The notes: generated by a model not told the origin, from the sequence alone. DNA of 63,528 nucleotides, filler included, from Octopus bimaculoides (GCF_001194135.2; 5 parts of 4 records of this genome joined end to end with filler, not necessarily neighbours in it), one strand, 5' to 3'. Shown: positions 25,040 through 39,185, counted from the first letter of the whole stretch. Numbers and translations are program-made.

Positions 25040-25185
25040 ACGAGCTTCTTCCAGTTTCCCTCTACCAAATCCACTCGCAAGGTTCTGGTCGGTAGAAGAC
25101 ACTTGTCCAAGATGACCCGCGGTGGGACTGAACCCTGAACCATGTGGTTAGGAAGCAAGCTTCTTACCCCACAACCACGCCTGAG
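25040..25185 (-). mobile_element. SINE family B, 5' part
   Basis: gagcttcttccagtttcc...ctaccaaatccactc...gggactgaaccctgaaccatgtggttaggaagcaagcttcttacc. Confidence 0.88.
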
Positions 25186-26606
25186 CATATATATAAGAAA
25201 AATATAACACAAGGATGATGGATATCAGTCTTTAATAATAGATAACAATATATTGTGATCTACTATGAAAGCCTGATATCCTCCATTTTCGTGTTATATT
25301 ATTCTTATATAAATCATATGCAAAGAGGAGATCCACATGTGTATCCAGCCCTGAAATATAACATGGCGTTAGATAACAATAACATGTCGTAGCCAAATAA
25401 CAACATAACGGCTCCTAAATGCACTTGGCGAGATTTTACCCCAAATAGATTTTATATTTTATTTGTACACATTTTTTTTATTCTCACTCTGTTCATTTTC
25501 TCTTAGTCCTTTCTGCTGATGAGCGTAGGCTTGAAACATAAAATACTTATTCATTTTCCCGAGCGTCAAAAACTAATACATTTGCTATTTGATCGTACAC
25601 CTGATTTCGTCTTTTCTTTTTCTATGAATTTCAACTGTATATNNNNNNNNNNNNNNNNNNNNNNNNNNNNNNNNNNNNNNNNNNNNNNNNNNNNNNNNNN
25701 NNNNNNNNNNNNNNNNNNNNNNNNNNNNNNNNNNNNNNNNNNNNNNNNNNNNNNNNNNNNNNNNNNNNNNNNNNNNNNNNNNNNNNNNNNNNNNNNNNNN
25801 NNNNNNNNNNNNNNNNNNNNNNNNNNNNNNNNNNNNNNNNNNNNNNNNNNNNNNNNNNNNNNNNNNNNNNNNNNNNNNNNNNNNNNNNNNNNNNNNNNNN
25901 NNNNNNNNNNNNNNNNNNNNNNNNNNNNNNNNNNNNNNNNNNNNNNNNNNNNNNNNNNNNNNNNNNNNNNNNNNNNNNNNNNNNNNNNNNNNNNNNNNNN
26001 NNNNNNNNNNNNNNNNNNNNNNNNNNNNNNNNNNNNNNNNNNNNNNNNNNNNNNNNNNNNNNNNNNNNNNNNNNNNNNNNNNNNNNNNNNNNNNNNNNNN
26101 NNNNNNNNNNNNNNNNNNNNNNNNNNNNNNNNNNNNNNNNNNNNNNNNNNNNNNNNNNNNNNNNNNNNNNNNNNNNNNNNNNNNNNNNNNNNNNNNNNNN
26201 NNNNNNNNNNNNNNNNNNNNNNNNNNNNNNNNNNNNNNNNNNNNNNNNNNNNNNNNNNNNNNNNNNNNNNNNNNNNNNTATCAAGGCTGGTTTCTTCAGA
26301 TGGTGCATTTTTTGGTAAATTTCCTTTAACTCCGATCCGATATTACAGTTTATTTCTTTGCTACTTAGAGTGTAAAGTACAACAATGATAGTAGCTTTAT
26401 TATCAATATTATCAACATATATATATTCATCACTCGCAGGACAGGAAATTGGAATAGTACAGAAGCCAAGTGAATGACTGGGTCACCATTCCAAGTGCGC
26501 AAATACATACATGTGTAGATACATACATTTTTACATTTATACTCTCTATGTCTCGCTCCTCCTCGAGCGCATAGAAGCGGTGTATTCCTACACAAGGAAA
26601 GTTACA

Positions 26607-26732
26607 GAATTTGTTTTTGAAAATGCGCAGTTTTTGTCGTCATGCGTGTGGTTCTTTTTTCTTTCGCTTTTTAAAGCCTAGGGCCCAGTACACGACGGAA
26701 AAAATACGCGACGCATTTTCCAAAACAAATTC
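26607..26732. repeat. 126-bp unit bounded by 21-bp inverted repeats
   Basis: GAATTTGTTTTTGAAAATGCG (26607-26627) vs CGCATTTTCCAAAACAAATTC (26712-26732); one mismatch. Confidence 0.65.
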
Positions 26733-28597
26733 ACCTATNNNNNNNNNNNNNNNNNNNNNNNNNNNNNNNNNNNNNNNNNNNNNNNNNNNNNNNNNNNNNN
26801 NNNNNNNNNNNNNNNNNNNNNNNNNNNNNNNNNNNNNNNNNNNNNNNNNNNNNNNNNNNNNNNNNNNNNNNNNNNNNNNNNNNNNNNNNNNNNNNNNNNN
26901 NNNNNNNNNNNNNNNNNNNNNNNNNNNNNNNNNNNNNNNNNNNNNNNNNNNNNNNNNNNNNNNNNNNNNNNNNNNNNNNNNNNNNNNNNNNNNNNNNNNN
27001 NNNNNNNNNNNNNNNNNNNNNNNNNNNNNNNNNNNNNNNNNNNNNNNNNNNNNNNNNNNNNNNNNNNNNNNNNNNNNNNNNNNNNNNNNNNNNNNNNNNN
27101 NNNNNNNNNNNNNNNNNNNNNNNNNNNNNNNNNNNNNNNNNNNNNNNNNNNNNNNNNNNNNNNNNNNNNNNNNNNNNNNNNNNNNNNNNNNNNNNNNNNN
27201 NNNNNNNNNNNNNNNNNNNNNNNNNNNNNNNNNNNNNNNNNNNNNNNNNNNNNNNNNNNNNNNNNNNNNNNNNNNNNNNNNNNNNNNNNNNNNNNNNNNN
27301 NNNNNNNNNNNNNNNNNNNNNNNNNNNNNNNNNNNNNNNNNNNNNNNNNNNNNNNNNNNNNNNNNNNNNNNNNNNNNNNNNNNNNNNNNNNNNNNNNNNN
27401 NNNNNNNNNNNNNNNNNNNNNNNNNNNNNNNNNNNNNNNNNNNNNNNNNNNNNNNNNNNNNNNNNNNNNNNNNNNNNNNNNNNNNNNNNNNNNNNNNNNN
27501 NNNNNNNNNNNNNNNNNNNNNNNNNNNNNNNNNNNNNNNNNNNNNNNNNNNNNNNNNNNNNNNNNNNNNNNNNNNNNNNNNNNNNNNNNNNNNNNNNNNN
27601 NNNNATATATACATACATGTATGTGTGTGCGCGCATTTGCAAGCATGTGAATGTGTTCATGTTCGTATCTGTGTGTGTGTGTGTGTGTAAGGTGCGTCCG
27701 TAATGTAATGCAGTAGGCATAAATTAGATTCATGATTCAAATGTATGTTATGCCTTCCTACTAATTAATCCGACAATCGTTTATATTGATATTCCCTGCT
27801 TTCCAACTTGTCTTCTTTTTCATGTGCTCTGTTTTATATTTTTGCCTCCTTATTCTTTACAACCGTGCCATCCTCGCTCCAACCTCATCACATGGGCAAC
27901 TACATCTTATTAATCCCCAGGGCGTTTTCGTCAATCGACGACAAAACGTTCAACATGAGACCATTTATCTTAACAGGATTGCCTCTATTGGTGTTAGTAC
28001 CGGAGTTGGTGGAAGGGCAGGAGTTTGGAGTATATATAAAATATTCTACCGCCAATGCTGCTGGTGTTGATCGTAGTGATTGTATTAGTGATAATGTTTA
28101 AAACTGCCATCGGGATGTTTGTTTTTAGTGCTGTTATTCGATAGAAGCTTCTATTTTAATAGTTGTAATCTTTGCTCTGAGGCAATGGGTTGGGATAACC
28201 TTGTGTGTATTTGTTCGCGTGTATATGTGTTCGTGTGTGTGTGCGTGTGTGTGTTTATATATTCATGGTTGTATTTATTTTTATATGTAGTTCGTATGTT
28301 TACGTGTGTGAGAGGAATTTAATGTGATGTGGATGCAGCTATATAACGATTCTCAGTATCATTGTGTTTCAACAATGACAGTGTCATACACTTTGTTAAG
28401 GGGGTATGTTTATGGCCCCGTTTTTCTTAGTCACTTGGAGGCAATACATCGGCAAGCGTCCCATCTACATACTACCACCCCTTCGAAATAAACGATGACA
28501 AAAATGATAACAATAACAACGTCAATGGGAACACCAACAACAATAAATATAACAAAGACAAGCAAAAACGGAAAACCCCGTTGAATACAAAAGAAAC

Positions 28598-28662
<65 letters not shown>

Positions 28663-30204
28663 TGATGATGATGATGATGATGATAATGATGATGATGATG
28701 ATAATGAAAACAATAATAATAATAGCAACAATGATGACAACAACAAGAACATTAAAAATAAAGGAGAAGGGAACATAAATGAGAGGAAATTAATATCATC
28801 GACGGAACACCGCTAGTCGTGTCGCCATTTTGGCTCCAATATGCAAATGACTAACTCAGCGACATACCGATCTTCTGAATGGCAACAATATGGCTGCGGT
28901 TAGAAATATGACATAGCATGCAGCGGTGACAGATATATGTGGCTGTGCATCGGTGCACATTTTTCTTCTTTTTTTTTTTTTACTGCATGGGACGGGAAGA
29001 AAGTTTTCATTGCTGTATCACTATCACACAGATTTTAGCAGCAGCATAGCATCGGAATGATTAGAAATATTTGGCTCTTCTGGTATTATTGGTTGCTTGT
29101 TTGTTTCCATGTTGGTGTGCCTGAATATGTGAATGCGTGTATGGTAGGGATATGTATATTTTACTATGAGTATGCGCATTTGTGTTCATGTATATTTGGC
29201 GTGTATTCGTGATGGGTATTGTCATGGTATGTTCGTGTGATTGCCAGTGTGCTTATATATATATTTGTGTGTGTGTGTGTGTATGTGTGCGTGTGTGTGT
29301 GTATGTGTGTGTGTGTGTGTGTGTGTGCGTGCACTCGCGTGTGCATGTAATATTGTGTGAGTGTAAAATGTAAACGCACAAAAAATAGTGTTCAGGTACA
29401 ATGGAATCTATGTATACGAATAGAATATATTTGCAGGCGTTACGATACTTACATCTGCTATATATAAATATGCATGTATGTATGTATGTATGTATGTATG
29501 TATGTATGTTTTTATGTATGCATGTGTGCGTGTATGTGTATATTCTTTTTTAGATTTTAGTCCAATGACTGTGGCCATGCTGGAGCACCGCCATTGTGAT
29601 CACCTTTCCACTTTCCACCTATGTCGGAGCGGCTTTTGGTGNNNNNNNNNNAATATCAAAATATTTCTCCTACATAAACAGGTTTCTTGCATGAAATAAA
29701 AAAAAAAATCCGATAAGAAAACATGTTTATGAAATGTAAAATACTTCCAACATAAGCGACCCTTTGTCGAATATGAATGGGACATTGCAGCTACAAAGGC
29801 TGTATTAAATGAGGAATATGCTATATTTTGGTTTGGAAACATATCTGATATTCTTGTCTAACATATCTCAACATATAACCAGAACAATAGCAACATCATC
29901 AGCATTTTTAATCAGCCCAATTTCCCGCGGTATATAAAAGCATCTGAACAACTAAAAAAGAAACAAAAGTAACAATTACCAATAACTACAACAATAAATA
30001 TAACATCATTACATGCTACGCCTTCTTCAGCTGCGTTCAACAAACATGGCTTTTCACTTAAACTCATTATGCAACCAAACATAAATCAGCGTTTCATAAC
30101 TAATGACGCCTCTTACTATAAAATATATTCAATCAAATAAAATTCAGTTATTCTTCTTCTTTCCTTTCTGCCATTAAATTTGTACTAAAATCTGGTGCTG
30201 TTCA

Positions 30205-30790
30205 AAGCAGCGAGCTGGTAGTCACGTTAGCACGCCGAGTAAAAATGTTTAGCGGCGTTTCGTCCGTCTTTACATTCTGAGTTCAAATTGTGCTGAGATC
30301 GACTTCGCCTTTCATTTTTTGAGGTCAATAAAATAAGTACCCGTAGAGTACTGAAGTTTATTTACCCCTTTTCTTGAAATTGCTGTCCTCGTGCTATTTT
30401 TTAAATATTTATTAGTAATATAACCTAAGGCGGCGAGGTAGTAGAATCATTAGCACGCTAGACAAAATACCTAGCAGCATTTTCGTCTATAAAATAAGTA
30501 TCAGTTACGAAATGACTCACCGTCCCCCGAAACTGTTGGCCTTGTACCAAAAACTAAAACCAGTATTAGTGCTGTTACCGCAATGTTATTATTGTTGATC
30601 TGGCAGACGCGTTGGACGAAATAATTGACAGCATTTCTTCTGGTTTCTTTGAGTTTAAAATTTGCCGAGATGAACTTTGCTTTCCATCCCTTTGGAAATA
30701 ATAAAACAAGTACCAGCTGAACATTGGAGTCGACATAATCGACTAATCCTTTCCTTACAATTGCTGACCTTGTCCCCAAATTTTAAATTG
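30205..30790 (+). mobile_element. Cluster of three co-oriented degenerate SINE family A copies
   Basis: Heads at about 30208 (gcagcgagctgg), 30425 (taaggcggcgagg) and 30597 (gatctggcaga). Confidence 0.75.
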
Positions 30791-32001
30791 TTATTATTAA
30801 CATAGCGTTGAGTTTTATAATACGCGTTAATTTTCCTTTTCCACAAAAACAAAATACGGTCAACCTTTGGAAACATGATTTCAAATATTTAATGTTACCA
30901 TATATTTTATGAACCTCTAGCTTTAAATACCCAAATATTAGGCTTTTTTTTTAGATACTGCTGGTTTTATAGAAGTGCGTATATATCATTCTAATTATGA
31001 TAATACGAACGCAGCGGACCAATATTGCAATTCGTTTCTTATTTCCTAAAGCATGTTGTAAGTGTCTACAAACACCATAATTTTTATCAAAGTGTAAATT
31101 TCATTGAACAAGAAGTAAATTTGTTAATTACAGACATTTACAAATTTTCTTCTACACAAAATTTAAAACGTCTGAAATTTAATCGAAAGTTTGAAATAGA
31201 TTCATTTTATTAAAAATATATATAAATTTCTTTCTTACTAGCACTTCAGTTTTAACGATGTGTCTTACTTACTTCTAAATTATTACACATCTTATGTGGT
31301 ATTTCTTTTCAGAAAACTATGTTTTGATGCAGGTGCCTGTTCAACATTATTTCATAAGTAAAATAACTTATTCATGTGCTATTTTTGTTATTATCAAATG
31401 AAATTCAAATATTAATGCTAAACCTTTTTGATGCCAGCTCGCATGAGACCACCCTTGGTTTTCTGATACAAAATTCATGTCTTAACATTACCGAAATTCA
31501 AACCTTTCTGCAAAATTTCGTGTTAATTCATGTTCCAAAGAACGGTTTAATAATGACAAATTTATTTTAAGCTGTCTTTCATTATTTTAAATATTAATTT
31601 AAATAAATGCAGTTTATTTCAGCAGAAATATGATAACAAAAGGATAGAATTTTAAATTTCTCCTTTGTCAATTGTTTTATTATGGTCGATTATAAATTAA
31701 AATTACGGAACAAAACAAGGCAAGGATAAATTTACTTTCGAAATGTTGCCTGGTGTGAAGGAAGCGAAGAAAGGTTGAAAACCTTTCTTTTAGATGCCTA
31801 TACATTTAATGACGTTATTGCCATCAGTAATTTCATTTTCACAAACCCAAGGTTCCGCGATCTATTTCGCTCTTCTCAACAATGGGAAAGTCCTTTTCTT
31901 CAAATCACATTATCAGGACGACATAAGGCTTGTACGTAATAATTGAGGAACCGTGCAAATTAAGCGGAATGTAACTATTTCGAAGGAATATTTCATAAGT
32001 T

Positions 32002-32382
32002 GTGGAGGCGCAATGGCCCAGTGGTTAGGACAGCAGACTTGCGGTCATAGAATCGCGGTTTCGATTCCCAGACCGGGCGTTGTGAGTGCTTATTGAGCGA
32101 AAACACCTAAAGCTCCATGAGGCTCCGGCAGGGGATGGTGACGAACCCTGCTGTACTCTTTCACCACAACTTTCTCTCACTCTTACTTCCTGTTTCTGTT
32201 GTGCCTGTAATTCAAAGGTTCAGCCTTGTCACACTGTGTCACGCTGAATATCCCCGAGGGTACACGTGTCTGTGGAGTGCTCAGCCACTTGCACGTTAAT
32301 TTCACGAGCAGTCTGTTCCGTTGATCCGATCAACTGGGACCCTCGATGTCGTAAGCGACGGAGTGCCAACAGTCAACACAAC
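32002..32382 (+). mobile_element. tRNA-headed SINE family C, variant body 2, full length with TSD
   Basis: gtggaggcgcaatggcccagtggttagg...ggtttcgattccc head. The direct repeat ttcataagttg lies at 31992-32002 and 32383-32393. Confidence 0.92.
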
Positions 32383-33134
32383 TTCATAAGTTGCCAAACT
32401 TACAACTAGGGTCTTCTTTGGTACATCTTTTCCCAAAACCACTGTGAATAATCTTTTAGTTGTGACCTCTGTCACCTGTTCACTCTACCAAACTAAAATT
32501 TTAAAAAACCCTCTCAAACAGACCATTTATCACGTGCTTTAGTCACGATATAGATATTTGTGTATGATAGAATCTTGTAACTAATCAAAACAAGCCGGTA
32601 TATGTACGGAAAATTTTAATAACGCACTTCTTTTCTATAACAATATTCTCTACTTTATATGTAACTAATAAAAGGATGCTCAGGACACACATTGGTATTT
32701 ATCTCAGTCAATACATACTGTGCTACATATTATAGTCTGAAATAACTTGCTAAAAAGAACTGTGTTGCAATAATCAGAGTTGAGGATTTTAATAACTATT
32801 AAAGCCATATTTCAAAGAAAAATGTAAATATTTGATAAACTTCGCCACACGAGACACCATGAATAGTGATGATATTAAATATATTAGTTCTTGTAAAGCT
32901 TTGCTTATGGTAATACAAAAACATAGACACAGCATCACGAACATCAGGTTCACACGACATCACTGCGTCACTATTATCATGATCGTCATAATAATGATCA
33001 TCATCATCAGTTGCAGTAAGAGTAAAGTCGTTCTCCTTGTTGACATTGTTGCCATCATCATCGTAGTCTTCCAGATCGTCGCCGCCGCCGTTGTCGAAGT
33101 CGTCGTCGCCGCAGACGTTGTTACGGCCACCAGT

Positions 33135-33165
<31 letters not shown>

Positions 33166-35345
33166 ACAATGTCATTAAACATGCCAGTTGCACTGTGATT
33201 CCCAAGGCGTTAAAGCAAATAACGGGGAGTCCCTTTATAGCTATTAGTTTCTTTATACGTCTGCTAATGTCTCTGTAGCAAATTCTGCCGTGTCTTCTCA
33301 TGCGATATCAAATATTAAAGAGAATTCTAATGCATCGAGAATAGTTGCAGTGGTAGAATTATAATTGGAGCATCATTATGATATTTTTCTTTTTTGAAGG
33401 GTTAGAATATTTCAAATGATGTTTACAGACAAACACAGACGAGTACATACATTTATGTAGAGATATACAAACAAAACTACGATATTCGAATGCAACTCAA
33501 AAATCATTCCTCAAATTTTCTCATCTGCTTTCTCTTTTCACCCCTCTCAAACTGTCTCTTGCATTTTGTAAATACGCAAGCACATGTGTAGAAAGATAGA
33601 TAGATTCATAGACAAAGATAGAGAATAATAGTTAGCTAGCTAGCTAGCTAGATAGATAGATAGATCGATAGATAGATAGATAGGTTTCTTTATTAGCCAC
33701 ACAGGGCTCAACACAGAGGGGACAAAATACAAATGTAGAGTTTTTCTTTTCGAGGGGGTCGAAAACAAAGCAGAAAAAAAAACAAAAGTGGGGACAACGA
33801 TGNNNNNNNNNNNNNNNNNNNNNNNNNNNNNNNNNNNNNNNNNNNNTTAATTAATTAANNNNNNNNNNNNNNNNNNNNNNNNNNNNNNNNNNNNNNNNNN
33901 NNTATATATATATATATATATCCGTGTGTGTGTGTATGAGTGTGTGTGTGTGTATGTGTGTGTGTGCGTGCATGGGTGTGTATGTCGCAACAGTGACTCT
34001 AAATTGATGGAACATCGCATTATAATTCGCAATGACCATTTAGATTTTATATTGCAACCTCAACAATGTATACGCCATTCACATCTTCGGCTTGATATAA
34101 TAATACAGTAGAAGAGGGTATAAATTTGAATAAGATTATTTTCGGATATTTTTTCCCTATATTTATTTCTCTTCGTAGACATCAACCTTTGATATGTTTA
34201 ACTTAAACGCGTTGATTCACTGAACAAACTTGTTCCTTGGAAAGTTATGCGATTAAAAGACGCCTAGCACACTTACTTTCAGCAGTCCTGGATGAAACAA
34301 AGTAAGGAGTTAATATTTATTGCACATTCCTCACGCCACTGAGAAATAAAAAATGACACAACATTGTCAATGTAAGGAAAAAAAAGTTGCAACAGATGAA
34401 ACAGATGAACATTGATAATATTCAGTTACTTTGGATCAATATCGACCGAATTTCAAACCTTATTATTTGTATAAATCACATTATTCTTAAAATATCAATA
34501 TAGTGTGACTGAAAATATGCGACATGAAAGGTTATCACGAACGAAATACCTTTCTTCATATATCTAGAGACATGTGTGATTTCGGGTAACATAATCCACC
34601 ACAACAATAGCTGGTTACTATTCAATTACATGCTCAGGTATGTTGTCAATTAAACAGCACCAATACAGCATAGCATGAAGATTTAGATAACCAGTTGATT
34701 CAGCTTTCAGTTACACTATGTGAAAAGAAAAACAGACTTCAGTAATGCCGTACAATTTATTTCGTTAGTAATTTGAAATTGCTATAATTAAATGAAGTCT
34801 AAATTGCAAAGTGTTTCTGTGATTAATTAAATAACGAAATGTAGATAAAGAAAATCACAAATCCCTTTTGGAAAATTAAGTTTTACGTTACTAAGATAAA
34901 ATTCTGTTATTGTTGTAATACCGAAGTTAAATATAAATAATTGATATATATTCAGACCACATTTGTTAAACGGGAATAGAGTTTAAGACTGGTTTATTAT
35001 GAAGTGCTAATAAATCGTTTAATGAATATTTGCAAATATTAAACATTTCTTCATATACATTTTTAACGAGAATATTTAAAGAGTTAAGTGAATGTGTATC
35101 GTTTAGATTATTCTGATGAAATCATTAACTCTTGCTTCTGCGGCATATGCATTCATGCTATTTCATTAAATTTGTAATACCTCGTTTTCCATTATTTGAC
35201 ATCGAGTTTTGTGTTTCGGTGAACATTATTTTCTCATTGATATTACTATCGAGTGAAACCAAAGAGAAGGAGGTATTACTATATACAATTTTACAGTATT
35301 TAAAGAAAACAGCTGCAAATTAAATTAAGTATTGCGCTAAGAAAT

Positions 35346-35935
35346 TACGAGATGGTATCAAAACTTTCCCAACGAATTCTGTAGTGCGCCGACAAAAGGC
35401 AGAACACGTTCTATGGGCTAGCAGAGACCCTCACGAGGCAGTGTGCCAAGTCACATTACTGTGTTTAATTCGCAAGTTCTGAAATGTGTGTTGTTGTGAT
35501 CACGTGTATAGTGTAGTTTTTGATTTTGTTATGGACAGGAACAAAAAAGAGCCATCGTGAAATTTTGTTTTAAACTTGGGTGGGGGCTGCTACAGAAACG
35601 TTCAGTATGCTTCAGCAAGCTAAAAGCAACAAAGCAATCGGTCGTACACAATATTTGGAGATGTTTGGAGAGGGCATGGTTCCTGCGAAAGCGGAACAAT
35701 CTCACTGCAAGACGAGGACCGATCTCGAAGACATTCCACAAGTGTCACTACCGGAAATTATTATTGTACATCCAGAATCCGTACACCAGTGTTAGACCAT
35801 CAATCGAGAATTATACAGCGACGTTTTAAAGCATTTGTTGGAGAAAATTGCTAGAAAGCAACCGGATATGTGGAGCGGGAACAATTGAATTCTTCACGAC
35901 AACAATGATGTCCCCTGGAGGGCGCTTCTCATTAA
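35346..35935 (+). mobile_element. mariner element, internally deleted
   Basis: Starts TACGAGATGGTATCAAAA (mariner-type TIR). Pieces RAIVKFCFKLG, ATETFSMLQQA, TINRELYSDVLKHLLEKIARKQPDMWSGNN*ILHDNN. Confidence 0.85.
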
Positions 35936-36006
35936 TGTTCTTTTTTCTCCATCGCCTGACAACAGAATATGCAGTTTCACATTGGAAAATCTCTAGATTT
36001 GGAAAG

Positions 36007-36723
36007 AATACGTTTCTAAATCTCTCAGAGAGATTTATGCAGTAGTGATACGATAAAGTAGTTGTATGCTGTCAGCGTAACGTGACAGTCCCTTGAAGGG
36101 AATATTAATACTGTTGGTTAGACCTAGGAAGCAGCACCACTTGCTGTTAGCTTTGACACATTTCCTGTGTCCTTAGATTTACAATAAGCCTGCATCCAGA
36201 GACATGTTTCTGAGCCTTTGCTCGTCATCAGCCTTGAGTAGCATGACCTGCTAGTGAAAGACACCTCTCAATCTCTTGTAAATATATAATAATTCTAGTG
36301 AAATACATTCACTGATTTCAAATTTAGATATAATACATTTCTAAATCTCTCAGAGAGATTTATGTAGTAGTGATACGATGAAGTAGCTGTATGCTGTCAA
36401 CCTGATGTGACAGTCCCCTGAAGGGAATAATTTGAAATCAGTGAATGTATTCCACTTGAATTATTATATGATGACAAGTGTTTGACAGGCATCTTCGACT
36501 AGCAGGTCACGCTACTCCAGACAGATGGCGAGCAAAGACTCAGAAACATGTCTCTGGATGCAGGCTTAGCTGAGTTTAGGTGCTTCTCTCTCCCTTATAA
36601 ACATAAGGACAAAGGAAATGTGTCAAGGCCACAGGAAGCAGTGCAGCTTCCTAGGTCCAACCAACAGTAGTATTATTCCCTTCAGCGGACTGTCACATTA
36701 AGTTGACAGCATACAACTACTTC
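36007..36723. repeat. Complex A-B-C / A-B / C'-B' direct-plus-inverted duplication
   Basis: 36007-36104 is repeated directly at 36332-36429. 36055-36324 is repeated inverted at 36429-36723. Confidence 0.9.
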
Positions 36724-36956
36724 ACCTCTAGATTTGTTTTTCTATTTCTCAAAAGCAGCTGATTTTTAATTTCAGTAGACTTAAGATTATTTTCACTTGA
36801 ATTACGAACATTAATAAACTTTACAAATGTTTATTAATGCCGTTTTAAAATACACATCTTTCATTTTTTTTTTCTTTGTAAAGACCATGTATTCAAGAGT
36901 ACGTCTGTGCCTATCAGTGTACACATAGGTGCATGAATATATATGCACATAGGTGC

Positions 36957-37022
<66 letters not shown>

Positions 37023-37054
37023 NNNNNNNNNNTGTGTGTGCGTGCTTGTATTTA

Positions 37055-37092
<38 letters not shown>

Positions 37093-39185
37093 TGCAGTAA
37101 GTGAGATGGGAGGGGGTGAAGGACAGAAATTTGGGCAGGTCGTAGGGTCTGTATGTAGAAGTTATAAGCTCCCTTGCCTCCGGTGATGAATTTTACATCT
37201 GCCATATGTTGCTGTTAAGTTTATCTGTGTTAATCTTAGCGACAGAATAAAACGCGAACCTGAATAATTGCAGCGAGTTATACAACTTCATCAGTCATCA
37301 ATGATTTCTTTTCTGTAATGAAAATTATGTATCAAATCAAGACTCCTGTAAATATACTCGAACTCCGATACAGCATAAATTATTTGAGCTAATTTGTACA
37401 ACAACATATTGAAAAAGAGAATTGTATAAACACCGTAGTAAAAAATAGACACTGGCTAAGAATAAATAGAAGTACCAGGTAAGCATGAGTCTTCAGTGAT
37501 ACTCACTATGAAAAATTCGAGGTTCACGAGTCATACTTTTTCTCAACAGATGGGATATATATTTCGTAAATATGAATTCTCTGGATTTGTATTCTCTACT
37601 AGTGAAGTCGCATTATTCCTCCATGCACGGATATATGCATTAAATGAGACTAGATTTGCAAGTGAAATCTTTTTCTGATAAAAATTTAACAATGCCACGA
37701 TCTAGACACATCACTATTCATCGATTTTCCGCAAAGCCAAGAAGTAAAGTAATCTTGTAAATACTCAGGTGCGTTTCAACGAGAGGTTGAATTAAATATT
37801 AAAAATAAAACCTTACATGTGTTATTATCTACACAATACTATCGGGTGGAGAAAGAAATAGAATGATGGGAAGAGCAGCAACAAAGTCAGAAAGAAGAAA
37901 ATGAAGTTAATAATGATAACTAGATTTTTATAATTTTTACACAGCAATTTTGAGAGTAGGGAGCAAGTTCATTGCATCGAAATAGCACTGGATTGTTAAC
38001 TATTTTATCGACTGTGTTGCATGAAAAAGAAAGCTGGCATCGGCATAATTTGATCTCAGAATCTAAAGAGCCAGAAGAAAGACGCAAAACATTTTGCCCG
38101 ACACGCTAAATAAGCTGTCAGCTAACATATTTAAAGAAAATATTCATTATTCTTAGTGTGGACAGAATGGCTTAAATTTTAGGGGAAGTGGCTAGATCAG
38201 CCCAGTCCTCAATGGAAAGGAGCAAAGGAGAATTCACCCTCGACAGTATTCAAAGTTTGAACAGGCATTCTTACGAACACTTCACTTTCGGCAGACTTTG
38301 TGTCCAACCGGGAAAGTAGAGGGTAAAGAGAAGGGGAGAGATTTCTGGAAATTATTCACGGAAACCGGATATACAAAAAATTACTCCACGTCAGACACGT
38401 TGGTGGTTTTTGGCTACGCTTATATTTTACACTGATAAATGTTTCATTTGATGCAAATGGTAGTGAGTTGTAAGTGATAGATGATATTCCAGTTTTCAGA
38501 ACCCAAATGACAGATTTTGCCTGAAACAAACTACAGAAGAATAAAACTAAAAGAAAATCAGAAAGAAGGCTGATCGCGCATGTTCACTGTCAAGGAATAG
38601 CTAAAGCTACCTTAACCAAACCGCACGTTAGTGCATCATTGTCCATGGGAAGCCTGTCTTCAGGTTAGCGTGTGTTGACAGCAGATAGGATGTCTGACGT
38701 GTAAAACGTGTCTCTTCTTAAAAAAGCAAACGAGCGAATGCGTCAGACTGAGGAAACTCGAGGATTAAAGGTATTTCATAACGGAGGTAATGGAGGGGTT
38801 CGACATTCCGTAATACACCAGTTTAGCGAAATTGATACATGAGTGTTGATGTGGAACTGTTCAGTTCGTTTCTCAAGGTGGGTCATTGTTGCGTCGACAC
38901 AATGTTTTTTATTTCTGGGACGGGTTGTCCAGCTTTTATACAAATACGTATCAGACCTTGTTCACATGGAAAAGAATGGACAGAACCAGAAATCGAAGAA
39001 ACCTTCCTGCGTTGAATGATGTACTTGGACGGCAGGAATTTCATTCTCCGGGTGCCCATTTGCAGATTATTCAACTTTTCTGTGTTAATTCTAGATTCTA
39101 TCACTACCTGATACATTCTTATTGCGAAGCCGATCACTTCGATTTGCTTTGAGTTCGATTTTATAACAATATAATCTACTAATAC

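Noticed and set aside
27808-28101. Small secreted peptide MRPFILTGLPLLVLVPELVEG...
   Set aside because: No splice, homology or polyadenylation support; ORFs of this size occur by chance.
32002-32075. tRNA gene
   Set aside because: A and B boxes are present, but the sequence continues into a SINE body with a TSD, and no complete cloverleaf is evident. The same applies to the other SINE heads.
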